Shown: in pieces, positions 1 to 11,235 of the stretch
Layout: each line of letters begins with the position of its first letter
Position numbering within the stretch: position 1 is the stretch's first letter
Assembly (NCBI GenBank): GCA_963766475.1
Contig: CAVXZS010000003.1
Span: 169,778-233,777, forward strand
From: an uncultured Actinomycetota bacterium
GTDB lineage: Bacteria > Actinomycetota > Actinomycetes > Propionibacteriales > Nocardioidaceae
Length of the DNA: 64,000 nt
Reading direction: 5' to 3'
Translations under genes and position numbers: made by a program
Notes under the pieces: generated by a model
What the model was told of the DNA's origin: nothing
Databases searched by the model: none
Seen by the model: the letters and a program-made list of their open reading frames with translations, nothing else

Positions 1-1775
1 CGGCGTTCGCCGTCAGTGCCCGGAAGCAGCAGCGCAGCCTGGCCCTGATGGCCGCGGCCGGCGGGACCCCGAAGCAGTCCCGCCGCGTCATCACCGCGAG
101 CGCGATCGTGCTGGGCGGTGCGGCAGCGGTGGCGGGCGTCGTGCTCGGCATCGGGGTGGGCCGCCTGCTCCAACCGCTGCTCCAGCATCGGGCCGACACG
201 TGGTTCGGGCCGTTCGACGTGCCGTGGCTGCACCTGGCCGGGGTGGCCGGCTTCGGGATGCTCAGCGCGTTCCTCGCCGCCCTCGTGCCGGCCCACCTCG
301 CCTCCCGGCAGGACGTCGTCGCCGTCCTCGCGGGGCGGCGCGGCGACGCGGCGCCGTCGTTGAGGTCGCCCCTGCTGGGCCTGGTCCTGCTCGGCGCCGG
401 CATCGCCGGATCGGCCGCCGGGGCCTCCGGCACGGCGGTGCTGGGCACGGGTGAGCTCCTCATCGCGCTGAGCGCGGTCCCCGCGGTGCTGGGCATGATC
501 CTGCTGGTGCCGGTCGTGCTCGCAGGACTCGCCAAGGTGTCCGGGCGGCTGCCGCTCGTGTTCCGCTACGCCGTCCGCGACGCCAACAGGCACCGCACCC
601 GCACCGTGCCGGCGGTCTCCGCCGTGGCCGCGACGGTCGCCGGCGTGGTCGCGCTCGGCATCGGGCTCACGTCGGACGAGGCGGAGAACGAGGCGACGTA
701 CGCGCCGTCCCTCGCCGCCGGGGTGGGCATCGTGCAGGCCTACACCGAGGACCCGCCGTGGCCCGCGATGCGTGGCGTCCTCGAGCGGGAGCTGCCGAGC
801 GCCACGGTCACCGACCTGCAGGGGTTCTCCGACTACGACGCGTTCACCGAGATCAAGGGTGGGCTCGCGCTCAACCTCAGCACCTACGGCGCCTCGGTCG
901 GCGCGAGCGTGATGGTCTCCCCGGACGCCCTGCCCGCGGGGTTGATCGGTGTCTCCGCGGACGACGCCGCCCGGGCGTCCGCGATGCTGCGCCAGGGCGG
1001 CGTGGTCGCGTTCGTGACCGGCTCCGGCCCTGCCGACGGGACGGTGGTGCGCGTGGTGCGCGGGACCTACGACCGCGACACCGGCGACCCGACCGGGGAG
1101 GCCCGCGCCCAGGCGCCCGCCGTGTTCGTCGACGTCGGCAGCGACTGGAGCGGACCGGCCGGCGTCGTCGCCCCCGCCGTCGCGGAGCAGATGGGCGTGG
1201 TGCCCGACACGGTCGCGCTCGCGGTCACCGGTCTCGACGTGAGCGAGCGGCAGGAGGAGGCCGTCGACGAGGGGCTCTCGGCGGTGGTCGCCGACTCCGG
1301 GATGTACGTCGAGCGCGGCTACCAGCCCGACGACGCGACCGTGATCGCCCAGCTCGTCCTCCTCGGGCTCGGCGCGATCCTGATGCTGGGCGGCACCCTG
1401 ACGGCCACCTTCCTGGCCCTGTCCGACGCGCGTCCCGACCTGGCCACGCTCTCGGCGGTCGGCGCCTCGCCGCGCACCCGGCGCGGCGTCGCGGCGGCGT
1501 ACGCCGTGGTGGTCGGCGTCGTCGGGGCGGTGCTCGGCGCCGCGGTCGGGTTCATCCCCGGCATCGCGGTGACCTGGCCGCTGACGTCGCAGTCCGGGGC
1601 CTGCGTCGTGGTGGGGTCCGGCAGCTGCGAGGAGACCGGCACGACGAGCGGCCCGTTCCTCGACGTCCCGTGGCTGATGGTGATCGGGCTGGTCGTGGTG
1701 CTGCCGGCCCTGACCGCGCTGGTGGTGGGCCTCTTCGCGCGGTCGCGGCTGCCGCTGGTGGCGCGGCTGGACTGA
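1..1775 (+). CDS. ABC transporter permease, FtsX-like, 5' end outside window
   Basis: Multiple TM segments; two FtsX-type motifs (LMAAAGGTPKQSRR, LATLSAVGASPRTRR); frame open from window start. Confidence 0.85.
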   Translation, partial: AFAVSARKQQRSLALMAAAGGTPKQSRRVITASAIVLGGAAAVAGVVLGIGVGRLLQPLLQHRADTWFGPFDVPWLHLAGVAGFGMLSAFLAALVPAHLASRQDVVAVLAGRRGDAAPSLRSPLLGLVLLGAGIAGSAAGASGTAVLGTGELLIALSAVPAVLGMILLVPVVLAGLAKVSGRLPLVFRYAVRDANRHRTRTVPAVSAVAATVAGVVALGIGLTSDEAENEATYAPSLAAGVGIVQAYTEDPPWPAMRGVLERELPSATVTDLQGFSDYDAFTEIKGGLALNLSTYGASVGASVMVSPDALPAGLIGVSADDAARASAMLRQGGVVAFVTGSGPADGTVVRVVRGTYDRDTGDPTGEARAQAPAVFVDVGSDWSGPAGVVAPAVAEQMGVVPDTVALAVTGLDVSERQEEAVDEGLSAVVADSGMYVERGYQPDDATVIAQLVLLGLGAILMLGGTLTATFLALSDARPDLATLSAVGASPRTRRGVAAAYAVVVGVVGAVLGAAVGFIPGIAVTWPLTSQSGACVVVGSGSCEETGTTSGPFLDVPWLMVIGLVVVLPALTALVVGLFARSRLPLVARLD

Positions 1776-1805
1776 CGCCGCCGCGAGGGGCGGTTGGATG
1801 GGTGC

Positions 1806-2195
1806 ATGCCCGAGCTCGATGTCCGTCCCTCGTCGATCGCCGGCCGCGGCCTGTTCGCGGCTGAGCCGATCCCGGCCGGCAGCGAGGTCCTCCGGCCCGA
1901 CGGGCCCGTCCACGAGCAGGGCCGGCTCAACCACGCCTGCGACCCCAACCTCGGCTGGGCCGGCGACGCGCTGGTCACCCTGCGCGACGTCGCCGGCGGT
2001 GACGAGCTGCTCGTGGACTACGCGATGAGCGTCACGGACCCGGCCTACCTCCTGCGCTGCCACTGCGACTCCTACCGCTGTCGTCAGATGGTGGAGGGCA
2101 CGGACTGGCAGATCCCCCAGCTCCAGCGGAGGTATGCCGGTCACTGGGCACCGGACGTCCAGGCGCTCATCGACGCCGGTGCCGGATCGGCTTGA
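1806..2195 (+). CDS. SET-domain protein with post-SET Cys motif
   Basis: GRGLFA, NHACDPN, ELLVDY and CHCDSYRCR motifs; ATG at 1806. Confidence 0.85.
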   Translation: MPELDVRPSSIAGRGLFAAEPIPAGSEVLRPDGPVHEQGRLNHACDPNLGWAGDALVTLRDVAGGDELLVDYAMSVTDPAYLLRCHCDSYRCRQMVEGTDWQIPQLQRRYAGHWAPDVQALIDAGAGSA

Positions 2196-2358
2196 CGCAT
2201 TTCGCCACGGCGCGGGCCGAGGTCCGCCTAGCCTCCTGAGGTGAGTCGCGCGGGGATCGCAGCCGGCCTGACCGGCCTGCTCGCCGTCGCGCTCGCGGTC
2301 GGTCCGGTGCCTCCCAGCCAGGCGGGGCCGGCGTCGCCGCGCCGGTTCCGGAGTCCAC

Positions 2359-2401
2359 ACAAACAGTCAGGCTTGACTGTTTGTTGCCGAGTCGCCATCC
2401 T
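2359..2401 (+). promoter_or_regulatory. TetR operator palindrome overlapping a sigma-A-type promoter (probably leaderless)
   Basis: ACAAACAGTCA-ggct-TGACTGTTTGT with perfect 11-bp arms; TTGACT-17 nt-CATCCT; GTG start 7 nt downstream. Confidence 0.7.
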
Positions 2402-2407
2402 GACCGG

Positions 2408-3022
2408 GTGGCGAGCCAGGCAGCGGTGACGCGCGTCCCGCAGGAGGAGCGGACCCGCGCGATGCGGGCACGGCTGCTGGAGGCGACCGTCGAGCTGCTC
2501 GTCGAGAAGGGGTACGCCGGCACGTCGACCACGCTGGTCAGCGAGCGGGCCGGGGTGAGCCGGGGCGCCCAGCTGCACCACTTCCCGACCAAGCAGGACC
2601 TCGTGGTCGCCGCCGTCCAGCACGTCACCGAGGTCCGGGGAGCCGAGCTCGCGGCGGCGGCGGAGAACCTCCCGACCGGGCCGAAGCGGACCCGCGCGGT
2701 GCTGCAGGTGCTCGGCGACCACTTCACCTCGCCGGTGTTCACCGCCGCGCTCGAGCTCTGGGTCGCCGCCCGCACCGACCCGGACCTCCTGGCGGAGGTC
2801 ACGCCGCTGGAGCTGAAGGTGGGTCGCGAGACGCACCGGATGACCCTCGACCTCCTCGGTGCCGACGAGTCGCAGCCGGGGGTCCGCGAGCTCGTGCAAG
2901 CCACGCTCGACCTGGTCCGCGGGCTGGGGCTGGCCAACACGATCAGCGACGACCGGCGGCGCCGTACCCGCATCCTCGACCAGTGGGCGCAGACGCTCGA
3001 TGACTGCCTGGAGCGCCGGTGA
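2408..3022 (+). CDS. TetR/AcrR family regulator
   Basis: HTH segment VSERAGVSRGAQLHHFPTK. Confidence 0.92.
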   Translation: MASQAAVTRVPQEERTRAMRARLLEATVELLVEKGYAGTSTTLVSERAGVSRGAQLHHFPTKQDLVVAAVQHVTEVRGAELAAAAENLPTGPKRTRAVLQVLGDHFTSPVFTAALELWVAARTDPDLLAEVTPLELKVGRETHRMTLDLLGADESQPGVRELVQATLDLVRGLGLANTISDDRRRRTRILDQWAQTLDDCLERR

Positions 3023-3828
3023 GCGACCTCCTTCAGGGACTTCTCGACGACCTCGAGGCCGAGGGCGACGACCTGCGCACGACGATCGAGCGGATGGGCC
3101 CGAGTGGCTGGACCGCGCAGACACCCGCCGCCGGGTGGACCGTGGCCACCCAGGTCGCGCACCTGCTCTGGACCGACGAGGTCGCCGTGCTGGCCGCGCG
3201 GTCGCACGAGTCGCCCGAGGCCAAGCAGGCCTGGGACGACGTCGTGCTGGCCGCGATCGACGACCCGATGGGCTACGTCGACAAGGGCGCGTCCGCGATC
3301 GCCGGGCTGCCCCGCGACCAGGTGCTCGGCCGATGGGCCGCCAGCCGTGGAGGACTCCGCCAGGCCCTGACCGCGCTGCCGGCGGGGCAGAAGATGCCGT
3401 GGTTCGGCCCGCCCATGTCGGCGGCGTCGATGGCGACCGCCCGGTTCATGGAGACCTGGGCGCACGCGCTCGACGTCTACGACGCGGCCGGCGAGCGCCC
3501 CGGTCCGACCGACCGGATCCGGCACGTGGCGCACCTCGGCGTGCGCACCCGCGACTTCGCCTACTCCGTGCACAGGGAGGACCCACCGGCCGAGGAGTTC
3601 CGGGTGCAGCTCGCCGCGCCGAGCGGCGAGCTCTGGACGTGGGGTCCCGAGGACGCCGCGCAGAGCGTCCGCGGTCCGGCGTACGACTTCTGCCTGCTCG
3701 TCACCCAGCGGGTCAACCGGGCCGACACCGACCTGGTGGCGACGGGTGCCGACGCCGAGCGCTGGCTCACGATCGCGCAGGCCTTCGCCGGCCCGCCCGG
3801 TGAGGGAAGGGAGCCTCTCGATGGTTGA
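3019..3828 (+). CDS. TIGR03084-like / mycothiol-dependent maleylpyruvate isomerase N-terminal family metal-binding protein
   Basis: TPAAGWTVATQVAHL and ARFMETWAH motifs; GTGA overlap with tetR. Confidence 0.8.
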   Translation: MSDLLQGLLDDLEAEGDDLRTTIERMGPSGWTAQTPAAGWTVATQVAHLLWTDEVAVLAARSHESPEAKQAWDDVVLAAIDDPMGYVDKGASAIAGLPRDQVLGRWAASRGGLRQALTALPAGQKMPWFGPPMSAASMATARFMETWAHALDVYDAAGERPGPTDRIRHVAHLGVRTRDFAYSVHREDPPAEEFRVQLAAPSGELWTWGPEDAAQSVRGPAYDFCLLVTQRVNRADTDLVATGADAERWLTIAQAFAGPPGEGREPLDG

Positions 3829-3954
3829 GGAGCTCGCGCCAGCGAGCGTCTCGAAACCTCGCAAGCCGGGGCTGGGACGCAACGACGGCTGTGATCGGGT
3901 CCCAGCCCGCCCGTCAGGGGTTTCGAGACAGGCGCTCGCGCGCCTTCCTCAACC
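3823..3954. repeat. Inverted pair of family-A REP-like hairpins
   Basis: GGTTGAGGAG-ctcgc gcca gcgag-CGTCTCGAAACC at 3823-3858; inverted copy at 3919-3954. Confidence 0.9.
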
Positions 3955-3966
3955 AGCGGTGGCGGC

Positions 3967-5700
3967 ATGAGCGACGTGCTGCGGGTCGGCAACTGCTCCG
4001 GCTTCTACGGCGACCGGCTGTCCGCGATGCGCGAGCAGCTGGAGGGTCGCCAGGAAGATGGGCAGAGCCTGGATGTGCTCACCGGCGACTACCTCGCCGA
4101 GCTCACCATGCTGATCCTCGGCAAGGACACGATGAAGGACCCCTCGCTCGGCTACGCGCGCACCTTCGTGCGCCAGCTCGAGGACTGCCTCGGCCTGGCG
4201 CTCGAGCGGGGCGTCCGGATCGTCAGCAACGCGGGTGGCCTCAACCCGGCCGGCCTCGCCGAGCGCATCCGCGAGGTCGCGAAGGGGCTCGGTCTCGACG
4301 TCAACGTCGCGCACGTCGAGGGCGACGACCTCCGGCCGCTCGGCCTGTACGACGGAGCGCTGACCGCCAACGCCTACCTCGGCGGCTTCGGGATCGCGGC
4401 GGCGCTGACGGCCGGCGCCGACGTGGTCGTCACCGGCCGGGTCACCGACGCCTCGGTCGTGGTCGGGCCGGCCGTCGCGCACCACGGCTGGACGCCGACG
4501 GCGTACGACGAGCTGGCCGGTGCGGTGGTCGCAGGGCACGTGATCGAGTGCGGAGCGCAAGCGACGGGCGGCAACTTCTCCGGCTTCCGCCAGCTGGTCA
4601 GGGACGGCATGGATCCCGCGAAGCCGCTGGGCTTCCCGGTCGCCGAGATCGCCGCCGACGGATCCAGCGTGATCACCAAGCACGCCGGCACCGGCGGCGC
4701 GGTCACGGTCGACACGGTGACCGCGCAGCTGGTCTACGAGATCCAGACGACCCGCTATCTCAACCCCGACGTGACCACGCACCTCGACTCGATCCGGCTC
4801 GAGCAGGAGGGACCGGACCGGGTCGCGGTCTCCGGGGTGCGTGGCGAGGCTCCGCCGGAGCGGCTCAAGGTCTCCGTCAACGAGCTCGGCGGCTTCCGCA
4901 ACCAGGTCGAGTTCGTGCTCACGGGTCTCGACGTCGAGGAGAAGGCGGAGTGGGTGCGCGCGCAGCTGACGCCGTCGCTGACCGCGAAGGACGTCACCTG
5001 GTCGCGCGTCGCCCCACCGCCCCAGGACGCCGACACCGAGGAGGCGGCGTCCACGCTGCTCCGCTGCACGGTGATGGACCCCGAGCCCGGCCCGGTCGGC
5101 CGCGCGTTCACCGCCCCCGCGGTCGAGCTGGCGCTCGCGTCGTACCCCGGGTTCACGATGACCACCCCGCCGCAGCAGCCGACCCCCTACGGCGTCTTCC
5201 GGCCGGCGTACGTCGACCGCGCGCAGGTGCACCACACGGTGGTGCACGCCGACGGCCGTCGTGAGGAGATCGGCGACCCCACCGAGTTCTCGACGCCCGA
5301 CCCCGACGCGGGGCGGCGACCCTCGCCGTACCCCGCTCCGGCCGACTCCGTCAACCGCCGGCTGCCGCTGGGCACCTTCGTGCACGCGCGCTCCGGCGAC
5401 AAGGGCGGCGACGCCAACATCGGCCTCTGGGTCGCCAACGACGGCGACCCCCGCCGGGAGGCGCGGGTCACCTGGCTGGCCAAGGTGATGAGCGCGCGCC
5501 GGGTCCGCGAGCTGGTCCCGGAGGCCCACGAGCTCGAGGTCGACGTCTACGTGCTCCCCAACCTCGGTGGCGTCAACGTCGTGGTCCACGGCCTGCTCGG
5601 CCGGGGCGTGGCCGCGTCGAGCCGGTTCGACCCGCAGGCCAAGGGTCTCGGTGAGTGGCTGCGGTCTCGGTTCGTGCACATCCAGGAGAACCTCATATGA
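3967..5700 (+). CDS. Acyclic terpene utilization AtuA-family protein
   Basis: GNCSGFYGDR, DYLAELT and ARSGDKGGDAN motifs. Confidence 0.9.
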   Translation: MSDVLRVGNCSGFYGDRLSAMREQLEGRQEDGQSLDVLTGDYLAELTMLILGKDTMKDPSLGYARTFVRQLEDCLGLALERGVRIVSNAGGLNPAGLAERIREVAKGLGLDVNVAHVEGDDLRPLGLYDGALTANAYLGGFGIAAALTAGADVVVTGRVTDASVVVGPAVAHHGWTPTAYDELAGAVVAGHVIECGAQATGGNFSGFRQLVRDGMDPAKPLGFPVAEIAADGSSVITKHAGTGGAVTVDTVTAQLVYEIQTTRYLNPDVTTHLDSIRLEQEGPDRVAVSGVRGEAPPERLKVSVNELGGFRNQVEFVLTGLDVEEKAEWVRAQLTPSLTAKDVTWSRVAPPPQDADTEEAASTLLRCTVMDPEPGPVGRAFTAPAVELALASYPGFTMTTPPQQPTPYGVFRPAYVDRAQVHHTVVHADGRREEIGDPTEFSTPDPDAGRRPSPYPAPADSVNRRLPLGTFVHARSGDKGGDANIGLWVANDGDPRREARVTWLAKVMSARRVRELVPEAHELEVDVYVLPNLGGVNVVVHGLLGRGVAASSRFDPQAKGLGEWLRSRFVHIQENLI

Positions 5701-5710
5701 ACACCCCGCT

Positions 5711-5818
5711 GGTTGAGGAGCTTGCGCAGCAAGCGTCTCGAAACCACCGCAGGGAAGGCACCTGTCCCAGCCCCGTCTCGCCAGGTTTCGAGACGGGCGC
5801 AGAGCGCCCTCCTCAACC
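5711..5818. repeat. Inverted pair of family-A hairpins
   Basis: Copies at 5711-5745 (+) and 5784-5818 (-). Confidence 0.9.
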
Positions 5819-5838
5819 AGCGAACGCGGAGGGTTGTC

Positions 5839-6972
5839 GTGAGTGACGTGCGTGCACTCGGGGCCGAGTTCGTGCGCCGCGAGGTGGCGCCGTACCTCCA
5901 GGAGTGGGAGGACGCCGGCACCGTTCCCCGCGAGCTGCACCGGGCCGCGGGCAAGCAGGGCCTGCTCGGCGTCGCGTTCCCCGAGGAGGTCGGTGGCGGC
6001 GGCGGGACGCTGATGGACTCGGTGGACCTGCAGGAGGCGATGTTCGCCGAGGGTGCGTCCAGCGGGCTGATGGCGGCGCTGTTCACCGGCGGCATCGCCC
6101 TTCCGCACATCGTGGCGTCCGCCAGGGACGGGCAGAGCGCCGATCTCGTCGACAGGTTCGTCCGGCCGACCCTGGCCGGCGAGACCATCGGCTCGCTCGC
6201 GGTCACCGAGCCCGGCGGCGGATCCGACGTGGCCGCCCTCCGGACCACGGCGGTCCGGGACGGCGGCCACTACGTCGTCAACGGCGCCAAGACCTTCATC
6301 ACCAGTGGCGTCCGCGCCGACTTCGTCACCACCGCGGTCCGCACCGGGGGTCCCGGCCACGCGGGCGTCTCGCTGCTGGTCGTCGAGGCCGGCACCCCCG
6401 GCTTCAGCGTCGACCGGTCGCTGCGCAAGATGGGCTGGCACTGCTCCGACACCGCCGAGCTGTCGTACGTCGACGTGCGGGTGCCGGTCTCGAACCTGGT
6501 CGGCGAGGAGGACACCGGCTTCTACCAGATCGCCGAGCAGTTCGTGGTCGAGCGGATCGGGCTCGCGGTGCACGCCTACGGCATCGCCGCGCGATCGCTC
6601 GAGCTGACGGCGGCGTACTGCCGCGACCGCGAGACGTTCGGGAAGCCCCTGATCGCCCGCCAGGTGGTGCGGCACACGCTGGTCGAGATGCGCCGGCAGG
6701 TCGAGGTGGCGCGGACCTACGCGCGCGAGGTCGCCCGCCGCCACGTCGACGGGGAGGACGTGATCGCCGAGGCGTGCCTGGCCAAGCAGACCGCCTGCGA
6801 GGCGGCGACGTATGTCTGCGACCAGGCGGTGCAGCTGCACGGCGGCACCGGCTACATGCACGGGACCGAGGTGGAGCGGCACTACCGCGACGCCCGGATC
6901 CTGCCCATCGGAGGAGGAGCCACCGAGGTGCTGACCGATCTCGCCGCCCGACTGCTCGGGTACGCGTCGTGA
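5839..6972 (+). CDS. Acyl-CoA dehydrogenase (FadE13-like); start GTG 5839 (or 5697 if a +1 error lies in the repeat)
   Basis: AVTEPGGGSD, NGAKTFITSG, QLHGGTGY and IGGGATE motifs; GGAGG upstream of 5839. Confidence 0.9.
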   Translation: MSDVRALGAEFVRREVAPYLQEWEDAGTVPRELHRAAGKQGLLGVAFPEEVGGGGGTLMDSVDLQEAMFAEGASSGLMAALFTGGIALPHIVASARDGQSADLVDRFVRPTLAGETIGSLAVTEPGGGSDVAALRTTAVRDGGHYVVNGAKTFITSGVRADFVTTAVRTGGPGHAGVSLLVVEAGTPGFSVDRSLRKMGWHCSDTAELSYVDVRVPVSNLVGEEDTGFYQIAEQFVVERIGLAVHAYGIAARSLELTAAYCRDRETFGKPLIARQVVRHTLVEMRRQVEVARTYAREVARRHVDGEDVIAEACLAKQTACEAATYVCDQAVQLHGGTGYMHGTEVERHYRDARILPIGGGATEVLTDLAARLLGYAS

Positions 6973-7454
6973 ACCCGTTCAGGCCGCCGGGCGGTGAGGT
7001 GTCGCTGCACATGGATGCGCCACCCGAGAAGGTGTGGGCCCTGGTCAGCGACATCACGCGGATCGGGGAGTTCTCGCCGGAGACGTTCGAGGCGCGGTGG
7101 ACGCGGGGCTCGACCGGCCCCGAGGTGGGCGCGTCGTTCAAGGGGCACGTGAAGCGCAACGGCGTCGGACCGACGTACTGGTCGCCCTGCCAGGTGACGA
7201 AGTGCGTGCCCCACGAGGTGTTCGAGTTCGGCGTCGGCACCGACGACGTCACGGTCAACACCTGGGGCTACCGGTTGGCCCCCGACGGCGGCGGCACCAT
7301 GGTCACCGAGTACTTCCGCCTCTCGACCGCGCTGCCGTTCCGCCTCTACTGGGCACTCCTGGGCCAGCTCCGCGGCCGCACCAACGAGAAGGGCATGCGC
7401 ACCACGCTCGAGCGGATGAAGGACGTCGTGGAGAAGGAGGCGGACGGTGGTTGA
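6969..7454 (+). CDS. SRPBCC/polyketide cyclase-like protein
   Basis: APPEKVWALVSDITRIGEFSPE; GTGA overlap; stop codon lies inside a repeat. Confidence 0.85.
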   Translation: MNPFRPPGGEVSLHMDAPPEKVWALVSDITRIGEFSPETFEARWTRGSTGPEVGASFKGHVKRNGVGPTYWSPCQVTKCVPHEVFEFGVGTDDVTVNTWGYRLAPDGGGTMVTEYFRLSTALPFRLYWALLGQLRGRTNEKGMRTTLERMKDVVEKEADGG

Positions 7455-7549
7455 GGAAGGCGCTCTGCGCCTGTCTCGAAACCTCCGCAGCGACGGCTGG
7501 GCCCCGGCTCACGTGGTTTCGAGACGGTCGCTGCGCGACCTCCTCAACC
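7449..7549. repeat. Inverted pair of family-A hairpins
   Basis: Copies at 7449-7483 (+) and 7515-7549 (-). Confidence 0.9.
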
Positions 7550-7565
7550 GGCGTGGGGGGTGCCG

Positions 7566-9140
7566 ATGACCACCGCGAACCGCGAGGCGATGCTCGAGAA
7601 GCTCGGCGACCTCGAGGCCGAGCACGCCAAGGCCGTCGCGGGCGGTGGCGCCAAGTACGTCGACCGGCACCACGACCGCGGCAAGCTGATGCCACGCGAG
7701 CGCATCGAGCTCCTCGTCGACGAGGGGTCGGCGTTCCTCGAGCTCTCGCCGCTGGCCGGCTGGGGATCGGACTTCGCCGTCGGCGCGAGCGTGGTCACCG
7801 GCATCGGCGTCATCGAGGGCGTCGAGTGCCTGATCACCGCCAACGACCCGTCGGTGAAGGGCGGCGCCAGCAACCCGTGGACGGTGAAGAAGATCTTCCG
7901 GGCCAGCCAGATCGCCGAGGAGAACGGGCTGCCGACGGTCGCGCTGGTCGAGTCGGGTGGTGCCGACCTGCCGACCCAGAAGGAGATCTTCATCCCGGGC
8001 GGCAAGCTGTTCCGCGACATCACCCGCTCCTCCGCGGCCAAGCAGCCGACCGTCGCCCTGGTGTTCGGCAACTCGACCGCGGGCGGTGCCTACGTGCCGG
8101 GGATGTCGGACTACACGGTGATGGTCAAGGGGCAGGCCAAGGTGTTCCTCGGCGGACCGCCGCTGGTGAAGATGGCCACCGGCGAGGAGTCCGACGACGA
8201 GTCGCTGGGCGGCGCGGAGATGCACGCCCGGACCTCCGGTCTCGCCGACTACCTCGCCGAGGACGAGCGCGACGCGATCCGGATCGGCCGGCGCATCGTC
8301 GCCCGGCTCAACTGGCGCAAGGCATATCCCGCGCCGAGCTCATGGGCCGAGCCCGACGCCGACACCGACGAGCTCCTCGACCTGATCCCGTCCGACCTCA
8401 AGGAGCCGTTCGACCCGCGCGAGGTGATCGCCCGCATCTGTGACGGCGTCTCGACCACGAACGGCGTGGCCTTCGACGAGTTCAAGCCGCTCTACGGCTC
8501 GTCGCTGGTCACCGGCTGGGCCAAGCTGCACGGCCGGCCGATCGGCATCCTCGCCAACGCGCAGGGCGTGCTGTTCAGCGAGGAGGCGCAGAAGGCGACC
8601 CAGTTCATCCAGCTCGCCAACCAGGTCGACACCCCGCTGCTCTTCCTCCACAACACGACGGGCTACATGGTCGGCAAGGACTACGAGCAGGGCGGCATCA
8701 TCAAGCACGGCGCGATGATGATCAACGCGGTCTCCAACAGCCGGGTGCCGCACCTGAGCGTGATCATGGGTGCGTCCTACGGCGCCGGCAACTACGGCAT
8801 GAACGGCCGCGCGTTCGACCCCCGCTTCCTCTTCACGTGGCCCTCGGCCAAGTCGGCCGTGATGGGCCCGGCCCAGCTGGCCGGCGTGCTCGAGATCGTC
8901 GCGAAGCAGTCTGCCGAGTCGAAGGGCGAGGTCTTCGACACCGAGGGGTTCAAGGGCATCAAGGAGGTCGTCGAGGCGCAGATCGAGGAGCAGTCGCTGC
9001 CGTTCTTCCTCTCCGGGATGCTCTACGACGACGGCGTGATCGACCCCCGCGACACCCGCACCGTCCTCGGCATCTGTCTCTCGGTGATCGAGAACCGGCC
9101 GTACGCCGGCACCGACCGGTTCGGGGTGTTCCGGCCATGA
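7566..9140 (+). CDS. Acyl-CoA carboxylase carboxyltransferase (beta) subunit, AccD2/MccB-like
   Basis: RGKLMPRERI, STAGGAYVP, GASYGAGNYGM and DDGVIDPRDTR motifs. Confidence 0.93.
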   Translation: MTTANREAMLEKLGDLEAEHAKAVAGGGAKYVDRHHDRGKLMPRERIELLVDEGSAFLELSPLAGWGSDFAVGASVVTGIGVIEGVECLITANDPSVKGGASNPWTVKKIFRASQIAEENGLPTVALVESGGADLPTQKEIFIPGGKLFRDITRSSAAKQPTVALVFGNSTAGGAYVPGMSDYTVMVKGQAKVFLGGPPLVKMATGEESDDESLGGAEMHARTSGLADYLAEDERDAIRIGRRIVARLNWRKAYPAPSSWAEPDADTDELLDLIPSDLKEPFDPREVIARICDGVSTTNGVAFDEFKPLYGSSLVTGWAKLHGRPIGILANAQGVLFSEEAQKATQFIQLANQVDTPLLFLHNTTGYMVGKDYEQGGIIKHGAMMINAVSNSRVPHLSVIMGASYGAGNYGMNGRAFDPRFLFTWPSAKSAVMGPAQLAGVLEIVAKQSAESKGEVFDTEGFKGIKEVVEAQIEEQSLPFFLSGMLYDDGVIDPRDTRTVLGICLSVIENRPYAGTDRFGVFRP

Positions 9141-9155
9141 TCAAGCGAGCAGCGA

Positions 9156-9320
9156 CGCGCGAGGGACGAGCGCGGCGCGCGGGCGAGACGGGGTTGAGCG
9201 TGCCCTGCGACCGAGGAACGAGGTCGCAACGGGCTGAGCGAAACCACCGCAACCCGGGCGGGGACCCAGCCACGGCTTGCGAGGTTTCGAGACGCGCGCA
9301 GAGCGCGCTCCTCAACCACC
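9156..9320. repeat. Composite hairpin insert: nested GAG...CGA hairpins plus a family-A copy
   Basis: CGCGC-GAG GGA CGA-GCGCG (9156-9174); GGTT-GAG...CGA-AACC (9192-9245) with inner TGCGACC-GAG GAA CGA-GGTCGCA; family A at 9283-9317 (-). Confidence 0.8.
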
Positions 9321-9330
9321 GGAGCTCGCG

Positions 9331-11231
<1,901 letters not shown>

Positions 11232-11235
<4 letters not shown>

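Noticed and set aside
3949-6882. Long antisense ORFs (977 aa here; similar at 8959-11127, 48429-50474 and 52381-54621)
   Set aside because: Shadow frames of high-GC genes; the opposite strand carries clear family motifs.
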